This document shows positions 26,051-33,388 of a DNA stretch of 50,954 nt, in pieces. Each line of letters starts with the position of its first letter. Position 1 is the first letter of the stretch. The stretch is from an uncultured Bacilli bacterium (GTDB lineage: Bacteria; Bacillota_I; Bacilli_A; RF39; UBA660), in NCBI GenBank assembly GCA_944363605.1, contig CALVUM010000026.1:1-50954 (forward strand), in the 5' to 3' direction. Under the pieces are notes generated by a model that worked only from the letters and a program-made list of their open reading frames with translations, had not been told where the DNA came from and searched no databases. A program made the position numbers and the translations under genes.

Positions 26051-28376
26051 TTGGCACCTCCTTTTTTAAAAAGTCTTTTACTGTATTTATATAGACATTG
26101 TATTTAGGACTATGAAAACAGATGTCTTGATAAGGACAAAAAGGGCAACTTGCATTTTCTTTATTGTCAACGATTTTCGGGTTTATCAGAAAATTTCCCT
26201 CTTCAATATTTTTTAGACAATTGTTGATGTTTTTTTCAATTAATTCTTTCATTGTGCTAAGTGTTTCTTCATCGAGAATTTTACTTGTTTGATAGAAGTT
26301 GCCATCTTTTTTTTCTTTTAATCCGGCGATGATTTTTGATGATGAGAAACTGTTATCCACTAAACCTAATATTTCTTTGTTCGGGTTACTATAGCCTTGA
26401 AGCTTTAGGCATTCTTTTTTTTCGGCTTCATAGTTTTTTTCGGGATTCTGTTTTATTTTAGGAAGAATGATTTTTTGAAGATAGAAACCACCGATGACAA
26501 TGTTTTCTAAATTTGGTATTTTGGTTGCGAGATAAAGATAAATAGGTAGTTGTAGGTTTAATCCTATAGGATAATAAGATGGTAGAATAGCTGTACTTCC
26601 TGTTTTATAATCTGTTATGTTGATAACTGTTTGGTTATTCACTTTTTTATAGCTTAATTTATCGATTTTTCCTTTAAAAGTAATATCTAAATTGCTTGGA
26701 ATTTTTATTTCAATAGGTACTTCGGTCTTTATTTCGGTTAACGATGAGAAAGTTTCTTGTTCTTTTATGGTATTTATAACAAATCGTAATTCTTCTTTTA
26801 GTTTTTTTAGGAAAAAAAGTTCTTTGCAAGTCCATTCATTTTCTTTGATTTCATGCTCATAAATATAATCAAAATCAAATTCTTCTTCATGTATCTGTTC
26901 TAAAACTTTATGATATAAATTTCCCAATTTTAAATTGAAATTTTCTTCTTTAGGAGATATTTTTATGATGTTGTTTAAAAAGAAGGCAAATGAACATTTA
27001 TTAAAAGTGTCTAGACTTGTATAAGACAATGTTAATTTGTTTTTTATAAAATCAAAGATTTTTTGAGGTGGGATTTTCCTAAATTGTTCATCGTATGTTT
27101 GATAGGGTAGGGAATAAGAATTGTTTAGTTTTAAAAGAGTAGGGGTAATGGTACTGTATTTGTTATAGTCATCTAAAAGACTTGCTAGCTCTAATTTATT
27201 GTATTCATTAGAGTATGTATATGTCGGTTGTTTATTTGTGATTATTTTTCCATTTTCTAAAAGAGGGGATGGGTAACATGGTTTTCCGTTTTGTTCTTTT
27301 TTATAGGTTATGAAAGTATTTTTGTTTCCATACATTATTTTTAATAGAGTTTCTTTTTCTTCTAGGTTTTTTTCTTCGGCTGTTGAAAATCCTAAGTATT
27401 TTTTTTCTTTATCTGTTAAATATTCTTCATCTTTAAATGTTTTTGGAATGTTGTTATTAAATCCTAAAATAAAAATGTAATCCTCTTCATTCACTTCTTC
27501 TTTTAGATTAAGTTCATGGATAGCATTTTCTTTTAAAATTTCTTTTTTGGTTTTTGTGGATAACTCTTTTTTTATAAACATTTTTTTTGATTTTAAATCT
27601 GTATATTTATTTAGAGTTTCAATTATCATTTTGATAATTTCTTGATTTTCAGGAAATTTTTTTTGTTCGTTTAAATAATCTATTCCTAAAGTTTCTTCTT
27701 GTTCGTATAAATGAAGAAATTTGGTAACAAGCGGTATTTCTAGAAGCGTTGTTCTTTCTTTTAAGGCTAAAGGTATTTTGAGGAGTTTAAAAATTCTTTT
27801 TAATGATGGTATGTATTCATCGGTAATGTTTTTTAAATATATTTGGTTAATGTTTACGCCTTGATTTATAAGTTCGCATATCATCTCGCCAATGATTGTT
27901 ATTTCTTCGTCTATATTTTGACATTCATAAATTTGAGGAATAAAGTTTTTTTTCTCTTCTTCTATAAATTCTATATTTGGAAATTCGTTAAATATTTTTT
28001 TCAAGGTTGTAGAGGGATAAAGGTTTTCGATTTGTATTTGACTTTTTTCTAGTTTTTCCTTTAATAAGATATTATATGTTAAAAGATTTTTCTCTAATAA
28101 TTTTTTCTTTAAGTTGGAAAGAAAAATTCCTTTTTCTGTTGGAAGATTTTCAACTGGATATAAAGTGAGTGTAGATAAGTATATTTTGGCAACATCTAAA
28201 ATCACGTTTTCTTCTTCACAGATAAATTCTAAAGTTTTATTCGTATATTGATAGGGATATATGTTAAGTAATTCATTTATTGAATAAAATTTTATTTGTT
28301 TAAAAGGCGTAGTTTCTCTTATTTCTTTTATTTTTCTTTTTTTGTTAAAATTATTGGTTATAAGAATTGTGGCCAT
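26034..28376 (-). CDS. addB: helicase-nuclease AddAB subunit B (inactive helicase fold + Fe-S nuclease domain)
   Basis: Position upstream of addA. Nuclease motif GKIDKL..ITDYKTG. Cys cluster FNKCSF ... CPFCPYQDIC as in the AddB iron-sulfur staple. Confidence 0.85.
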   Translation of the reverse strand: MATILITNNFNKKRKIKEIRETTPFKQIKFYSINELLNIYPYQYTNKTLEFICEEENVILDVAKIYLSTLTLYPVENLPTEKGIFLSNLKKKLLEKNLLTYNILLKEKLEKSQIQIENLYPSTTLKKIFNEFPNIEFIEEEKKNFIPQIYECQNIDEEITIIGEMICELINQGVNINQIYLKNITDEYIPSLKRIFKLLKIPLALKERTTLLEIPLVTKFLHLYEQEETLGIDYLNEQKKFPENQEIIKMIIETLNKYTDLKSKKMFIKKELSTKTKKEILKENAIHELNLKEEVNEEDYIFILGFNNNIPKTFKDEEYLTDKEKKYLGFSTAEEKNLEEKETLLKIMYGNKNTFITYKKEQNGKPCYPSPLLENGKIITNKQPTYTYSNEYNKLELASLLDDYNKYSTITPTLLKLNNSYSLPYQTYDEQFRKIPPQKIFDFIKNKLTLSYTSLDTFNKCSFAFFLNNIIKISPKEENFNLKLGNLYHKVLEQIHEEEFDFDYIYEHEIKENEWTCKELFFLKKLKEELRFVINTIKEQETFSSLTEIKTEVPIEIKIPSNLDITFKGKIDKLSYKKVNNQTVINITDYKTGSTAILPSYYPIGLNLQLPIYLYLATKIPNLENIVIGGFYLQKIILPKIKQNPEKNYEAEKKECLKLQGYSNPNKEILGLVDNSFSSSKIIAGLKEKKDGNFYQTSKILDEETLSTMKELIEKNINNCLKNIEEGNFLINPKIVDNKENASCPFCPYQDICFHSPKYNVYINTVKDFLKKEVPNGLDE

Positions 28377-28474
28377 AATACTTCACCTTGTTTTATTATA
28401 ACATGAATGGGAAAAACTCAAAAGCAAGGGTTTTGGATGATTTTTTATTTAAAAAATTTGTCGAACGTTTTTTG

Positions 28475-28502
28475 TTGCAATTTGTAAGAAACTATTTAGA
28501 AT
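28475..28502 (+). promoter_or_regulatory. sigma-A promoter candidate for small-peptide mRNA (copy 1; equivalent at 28830-28857)
   Basis: TTGCAA - 16 nt - TAGAAT, conserved in both copies. Confidence 0.55.
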
Positions 28503-28604
28503 AAAGCTCGTTATCTATTAGGTGGTAACGTCTACTTCATTTATTAGTAGATTTAATTCTACTGAATTTTCTCAGGGGGGTTAAATGAAAGTAGGTGAAG
28601 TTAT

Positions 28605-28679
28605 ATGAGCAAGGAAAAAAAGTACTTATATCATATAATATTTTTATTACTATTAGTTATTATACTAATTTTAATATAA
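28605..28679 (+). CDS. 24-aa hydrophobic peptide MSKEKKYLYHIIFLLLLVIILILI, type I toxin-like (copy 1)
   Basis: AGGTGA SD 6 nt upstream of the ATG. A charged N-terminus is followed by a single hydrophobic helix. Copy 2 encodes the identical peptide with one synonymous difference. Not in the ORF track because it is too short. Confidence 0.6.
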   Translation: MSKEKKYLYHIIFLLLLVIILILI

Positions 28680-28760
28680 AAAAAGGACGTTAGCTTTATA
28701 TAGCATAACGTCTATACAATAATGGTAGACGCTATCCACCAAGATGGATAACATTTACAA
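28680..28760 (-). ncRNA. candidate cis-antisense (antitoxin-like) sRNA, copy 1
   Basis: Minus-strand promoter TTGCTT-17 nt-TATACT (plus coordinates 28765-28793). The transcript would contain the hairpin GUUAUCCA/UGGAUAGC and end at GACGUUA...UAACGUC + U7, a terminator oriented for the minus strand. Confidence 0.4.
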
Positions 28761-28959
28761 GATAAGTATATGATATCTTTTTTATAAAAGCAACACAAAA
28801 CTTCCGCAGATTTTGTCGAATACTTTTTGTTGCAATTTGTAAGAATTTATTTAGAATAAGCTTCGTTATCTATTAGGTGGTAACGTCTACTTCATTTATT
28901 AGTAGATTTAATTCTACTGAAGTTTCTCAGGGGGGTTAAATGAAAGTAGGTGAAGTTAT

Positions 28960-29034
28960 ATGAGCAAGGAAAAAAAGTACTTATATCATATAATATTTTT
29001 ATTACTATTAGTTATCATACTAATTTTAATATAA
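28960..29034 (+). CDS. 24-aa hydrophobic peptide, type I toxin-like (copy 2)
   Basis: Same SD, uORF and peptide as copy 1. The single difference is ATT>ATC, which is synonymous. Confidence 0.6.
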   Translation: MSKEKKYLYHIIFLLLLVIILILI

Positions 29035-29115
29035 AAAAGGACGTTAGCTTTATAATAGCATAACGTCTATTAAAAATCGGTAGACGCTATCCATCGAAAT
29101 GGATAACATTTACAA
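29035..29115 (-). ncRNA. candidate cis-antisense sRNA, copy 2
   Basis: Minus-strand TTGTAT-17 nt-TATACT (plus 29120-29148) and the same terminator hairpin + U-run. Confidence 0.35.
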
Positions 29116-29208
29116 GATAAGTATATGATATTTTTTTTATAAATACAACAATAAACTTCTGCTTTTTTTAGGTTCTTAATTTGCTTAATTAAAATGAAAT
29201 TTATATTG

Positions 29209-30408
29209 CTACTTAGTTTTTTTTATAATTGAACCGTCTTTTGAAATTTTATAATTATTATTAAATAATATGTTTGCTGATATTAACTGATATATTGACG
29301 AACTGATTTGTCCAAGTCCTGTACAAAAAGGGGTTTTTAAAAGTGAAACTAGTGTTCTTAAAATATTTGCTGCTGTTTTATTTATTGTTGTTTTAATTGC
29401 TGAATATTCAAGTTGCAAAAAGCATGTTTTTATTGTATAAAGTGGATAAATAGAGAAATTGATTATCTCAAAACAAAAATAAATCATTACTAATAATATA
29501 TTTAATTCATAAAAACTGTATAAAGCTATAAACAAAATAAATATCGTAATAAATAAGATTAATAATAGCTTATAAGAATTGTTCTTGTGCTCTTTATAAT
29601 TAAATTTATTTTTACTTATGTCAATTTTGGCTACAGTAGAAATTGCATCAAAAACATCCCATTGAGTATCTGTTATTAGTGCTATAAAAGTTAAAGCTAA
29701 TGTAAATTCTTCACCAAATTCTGTTGTGTTACTTAATCCAAATAAAAAGATAAAGAAAAATGCTAAATTATTAAGTAATTCTGTTGAATCATATTTTATA
29801 CATTTTAAAATGTTAAAATGAAATTTAAATTTATTACGTGATTTTATTGCAACATATATTGTGTAACTAAATATAGATAATAATGTTATACTTATTGAGA
29901 TTACTTGGTTTTTTATTAAAAGTGAAGTACCAATTAACATAGTACAATTTAAAAGACTAAATTTTAAAGAATATTTATTTGCAATATTGTTTTTATCTTC
30001 ATAATATAGTTTTTCCATTATAAATATAAATAATAACTGTATATTCAGTTGAATAACTGAATATATGGTAAATGTTTTATATGTTGATATATCCATATGC
30101 ATAAAATTTATATAATTTTCTATATTTATTATTATAAATCCGAAAATGATTAATGAGATAATACTTCCAATTATTATTCCGGACATAACAATATTGTTGT
30201 CCTTATCTTTTTCTTTACTTATGTTAGCACCTGTAGAAAATATTGATTTTAAAATATAATTGATAAATTGAATGGGATAAGTTAATGTAAAAATATTTAT
30301 TAAATTTTTATCAATTATTAGACTTAAACAAAACCAAGATAATACGGGTGTAAAGGATAAAAGTGCTAGATCTAAACTTATTTTTAATAATCTTTTCATT
30401 AAAATCAC
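29209..30408 (-). CDS. polytopic membrane protein (~12 TM; possibly MOP/Wzx-like flippase fold)
   Basis: 399 aa, almost entirely hydrophobic helices. Extremely AT-rich and Ile/Asn/Lys/Phe-biased. No clear motif, so the function call is weak. Confidence 0.5.
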   Translation of the reverse strand: MILMKRLLKISLDLALLSFTPVLSWFCLSLIIDKNLINIFTLTYPIQFINYILKSIFSTGANISKEKDKDNNIVMSGIIIGSIISLIIFGFIIINIENYINFMHMDISTYKTFTIYSVIQLNIQLLFIFIMEKLYYEDKNNIANKYSLKFSLLNCTMLIGTSLLIKNQVISISITLLSIFSYTIYVAIKSRNKFKFHFNILKCIKYDSTELLNNLAFFFIFLFGLSNTTEFGEEFTLALTFIALITDTQWDVFDAISTVAKIDISKNKFNYKEHKNNSYKLLLILFITIFILFIALYSFYELNILLVMIYFCFEIINFSIYPLYTIKTCFLQLEYSAIKTTINKTAANILRTLVSLLKTPFCTGLGQISSSIYQLISANILFNNNYKISKDGSIIKKTK

Positions 30409-30453
30409 CTATTATGTATACAAAAAACTAAAAACAGTATATCATAAGAAGTA

Positions 30454-30484
30454 ACTAGTTTTATTAAATAAATATCATTTTTGT
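30454..30484. repeat. 31-bp perfect direct repeat, copy 1 (actagttttattaaataaatatcatttttgt)
   Basis: Identical 31-mer at 30743-30773, spaced 289 bp apart. Confidence 0.9.
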
Positions 30485-30524
30485 GATTTATATTTTAAAA
30501 TGTCATATTTTTAGATAAGTATTT

Positions 30525-30735
30525 ATAAGTTAAAATGTCCTATTGCCAATTATAGCAATTCCTTATTTATAATAGGCAATGGTATGATAGGCTTAATTGC
30601 CAAAGGCTTATAATTACAGCCTTTGCAAGCCATTAAAATCATATCATTGGGTTCCTGTTGTAAATGAGGAATTGTAGTAAGAGTAGGACATTCTAACTTG
30701 TAAACGCAATTATATTTTAGGACATTTTAACTTAT
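30525..30735. mobile_element. MITE-like palindromic element (~211 bp) with 18-bp perfect terminal inverted repeats, no ORF
   Basis: ATAAGTTAAAATGTCCTA (30525-30542) is the reverse complement of TAGGACATTTTAACTTAT (30718-30735). The interior is a nested set of inverted repeats. A second degenerate IR copy lies at 30684-30700. Confidence 0.45.
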
Positions 30736-30742
30736 CAGTCAC

Positions 30743-30773
30743 ACTAGTTTTATTAAATAAATATCATTTTTGT
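30743..30773. repeat. 31-bp perfect direct repeat, copy 2
   Basis: Identical to 30454-30484. Confidence 0.9.
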
Positions 30774-30965
30774 AAATTGTAAGTTATTTTATGTCAAAAA
30801 TCTTTTTAATAAATTCTATTTTTTAGTGAAAGTTTCGCTGTTTTTAAAAGCTGATTTGTCATAATTATACCGGAAATCATATGTACTAGTTATTTTTTAA
30901 AATTGAGATTTTTTCTGTTTTTTTAGGAAAATAAAAACTTTTATATTTATTAAAATCTAGAAGCT

Positions 30966-31529
30966 TTAAATAGATTTTTTGGGTTGTTTTGCATTGTCTC
31001 GAGATTTTAGATAAGTAAAATATTTTTGATTATAATCATCAATGGCTTTTAGTGTTGTAATGTGTATTATTTTTACAGTGCTTCCTTTTTTATTTGATGC
31101 TACAATACCCGAAAAATTTCTTGGGATAGAAAGTGTTTGATAATACTGAGATATGTTTATTGTTTCACTTTCTAAAAATTCATCTATTAAATCTGTTAAA
31201 AATTGATTATGTAAGATGTGAGCATGATCAGTTGTAATTCCTAAGTTTAGATGCCTTTCAAAATTTTTTTCAGGAACATAAATATTTAAAGTACACATAC
31301 TTAAGTTATTTATTTTGGCTGAATCAAATTCTATTATGCCGTTTACTTTTATAGGATCGGTTAGTATTTGAATAATATATTCAATAATTACTTTAGATCT
31401 TTCTTTAGCTATTTTTTCTGCTTCTATTTTTATTTTTTTCTTTCTATTTCTGTTTATATTTAAATAGAGCTGAAGGTCTATGTCCAGCACCTGTTTGAAT
31501 TTGATCTGTTTTTTCGACTTTGTTTGCAA
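30966..31529 (-). CDS. hypothetical protein (last gene of the NAD operon)
   Basis: 187-aa ORF. The only ATG start (31529) overlaps the nrtR 3' end by 86 nt. No recognised domain. Confidence 0.45.
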   Translation of the reverse strand: MQTKSKKQIKFKQVLDIDLQLYLNINRNRKKKIKIEAEKIAKERSKVIIEYIIQILTDPIKVNGIIEFDSAKINNLSMCTLNIYVPEKNFERHLNLGITTDHAHILHNQFLTDLIDEFLESETINISQYYQTLSIPRNFSGIVASNKKGSTVKIIHITTLKAIDDYNQKYFTYLKSRDNAKQPKKSI

Positions 31530-32280
31530 TAATTCTACGAAAAGCTGGGTCTAATAATTTTTTGTTTAAGATAACTTCATAAACTTGCTGTAATTCTCCT
31601 AATGTAAAATATTTTGGCATCATGTTAAAGACGATGTCTGTGTAGCTTATTTTATTTTTTAAACGTTCTAATCCAGAGAGAATCACTATGTCATGATCAA
31701 AGGCTATTTCATGATTTTTAATTGATTTAAATTCATAACGATCTGTTGTTTTTTCTTTTAATGTTTTTTTAATGTTTAAGTTAATCATTGTTTCATCATT
31801 CGTTAAAGTTATTTTTACTGTATTGTTTTTTTCTTCAAGGAAAAGAATATCAAACCAACTTGCATTTGAATTTATTTTGTCTGTTAACCTTTTTTTGTCA
31901 ACTAAAGCCATATAAGCTGTAGAGATAACTCTGGTTCGTGGATCTCTTTTTAGATCGTCAAATGTATAAAGTTGTTCCAAATAAATATTTGAAAGATTTG
32001 TTTCTTTTTTTAAAATTCTTTTAGCACATTCTTCTAAAGTTTCGGTATTGGGATCTAAAAAACCTCCTGGTAAACACCATTTTTCTTTATATGGATAATC
32101 ATCTCTTTTAACTAATAGAATACTCATCATTTTTTTGCTTGTCTTACGATAATTTGCTTGTTCTTGATCGGAAACGCTTATTAATAAAATATCAGCTGTC
32201 ATAGATAATTGATCAAATTCTTTAGAATTATAGGCCTTTAAAAATTCTTCTTCTGTTTTGTATTTTTGCATGAATAACAC
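31444..32280 (-). CDS. nrtR: NrtR-type Nudix-related transcriptional regulator of NAD metabolism
   Basis: N-terminal Nudix-like fold (..WCLPGGFLDPNTETLEECAKRILKKETNL..) plus a C-terminal winged-helix-like part (..YFTLGELQQVYEVILNKKLLDPAFRR..). Embedded in a NAD gene cluster. Confidence 0.75.
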   Translation of the reverse strand: MLFMQKYKTEEEFLKAYNSKEFDQLSMTADILLISVSDQEQANYRKTSKKMMSILLVKRDDYPYKEKWCLPGGFLDPNTETLEECAKRILKKETNLSNIYLEQLYTFDDLKRDPRTRVISTAYMALVDKKRLTDKINSNASWFDILFLEEKNNTVKITLTNDETMINLNIKKTLKEKTTDRYEFKSIKNHEIAFDHDIVILSGLERLKNKISYTDIVFNMMPKYFTLGELQQVYEVILNKKLLDPAFRRIIANKVEKTDQIQTGAGHRPSALFKYKQK

Positions 32281-32333
32281 CTCAATCTTTGTTTTATTAT
32301 AACATTAATTGAATATCTTTTCACTTTAAAATA

Positions 32334-32795
32334 TTATAGAAGTTCAAGCAATTTCTTACCTATGAAGTTTACAAGAGCTTTTTTGTTTTTCAAACGGGTT
32401 TTATAAGGAGCAAGGAATGTAAAGTCGTAAGAATTTTCTTGAAATAAAATGTTTATAAATACTTGATTATCTTTTCCAAAAGCATTTTGGGGATCTTTCT
32501 TTGCCAGTTTTCCAGTAACACCGATTCCTATATCTGCATTCGCGAATATTTTGATGTTTTTAGCCATTTCCCTGGCCGTTTCGATACTGTATACAGAATA
32601 TTTTTTTATTGTTTTTTTGTTGACACCCATTTTTATTTTATATTCGTTACTATAAGTTATTGCACTAAAAAGTAAAATGTTACTGGCTCCTTCAATATTT
32701 GTGATTTCATTTACTAAAGACCCACCGGTACATGATTCCATTGTAGCTATAGTTAAGTTTTCTTTTTGTAATTTGTCTACGATTTCTTTAAACAT
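32334..32795 (-). CDS. pncC: CinA C-terminal domain / nicotinamide-mononucleotide amidohydrolase PncC
   Basis: ..LTIATMESCTGGSLVNEIT.. signature of the CinA/PncC family. Confidence 0.8.
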   Translation of the reverse strand: MFKEIVDKLQKENLTIATMESCTGGSLVNEITNIEGASNILLFSAITYSNEYKIKMGVNKKTIKKYSVYSIETAREMAKNIKIFANADIGIGVTGKLAKKDPQNAFGKDNQVFINILFQENSYDFTFLAPYKTRLKNKKALVNFIGKKLLELL

Positions 32796-33372
32796 AATTT
32801 TTTTCCTTTCGATATAATTTTTTTTGATAAATATATGTTTCTACTTCTTTTGGAACATATTTTTGAATATTTTTCTTTTGAAATATTTTTTCTCTTATTT
32901 TTGTTGAAGATATGGAAGTGCATCTCATATTTATGTATGTTATGTTTTCTTTCTTTAAAATTTCTGGCTTAATTTTTTCTTTTTTTCTTTTTATTACTAA
33001 AATAGGGAATTTTTTGATTTCTTCTGGTTTTTTCCAAGAATCAAGATAGTTTATGTTATCGGTGCCACATATAAAATAGATGGTGTCGTTTGGATATTTT
33101 TTTTGAAAATAATTTAAAGTTTCGTAAGTATAAATCATTTTGTCTTGTAATTCGAAATCGCTAGATGAAAGATTCGGGTATTTTTTGATAGCAAGATTTA
33201 TCATATCTAAGCGATATTTTCCTTTGACCATATTTGGTTTGTATGAGTAATAATCTCCTGTTGGTACGAATATGATTTTATTGACAAATTCTTTTTTTAT
33301 TAGATATGTTGCAATTTTTACATGCATGTTATGAATTGGGTTAAAACTACCACCAAAGATACCTATTTTCAT
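32788..33372 (-). CDS. nadD: nicotinate-nucleotide adenylyltransferase
   Basis: GIFGGSFNPIHNMH (HxGH-type nucleotidyltransferase motif) and C-terminal ..SISSTKIR... Confidence 0.9.
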   Translation of the reverse strand: MKIGIFGGSFNPIHNMHVKIATYLIKKEFVNKIIFVPTGDYYSYKPNMVKGKYRLDMINLAIKKYPNLSSSDFELQDKMIYTYETLNYFQKKYPNDTIYFICGTDNINYLDSWKKPEEIKKFPILVIKRKKEKIKPEILKKENITYINMRCTSISSTKIREKIFQKKNIQKYVPKEVETYIYQKKLYRKEKNYV

Positions 33373-33388
33373 TATGATTCTCCTTTTT

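Larger units (their letters stand above)
28457..29166. repeat. two head-to-tail copies of a 355-bp module
   Basis: Copy 1 is 28457-28811 and copy 2 is 28812-29166. Equivalent landmarks (tttgtcgaa, the ATGs at 28605/28960, the -10 boxes at 28765/29120) are all offset by exactly 355. Confidence 0.95.

Noticed and set aside
28383-28407. An identical 17-mer, ttgttttattataacat, occurs immediately upstream of both addB (28390-28406) and nrtR (32289-32305). Is it a mobile or regulatory repeat?
   Set aside because: On the gene-sense strand it reads ATGTTATAATAAAACAA, which is an extended -10 promoter (TGnTATAAT) followed by the leader. That is most simply two similar strong promoters. It only loosely resembles the palindromic boxes of the NAD operon.
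28511-28752. The peptide mRNA 5' end (gttatctattaggtggtaacgtctac) looks like the reverse complement of the 3' region (gtagacgctatccaccaagatggataac). Could this be hok-like 5'-3' fold-back?
   Set aside because: Only the outer blocks (gttatc / gataac and cgtctac / gtagacg) match. The central match (ggtgg / ccacc) is lost in copy 2 (ccatc). I therefore do not claim a fold-back element and mention only the shorter UAACGUCUA complementarity.
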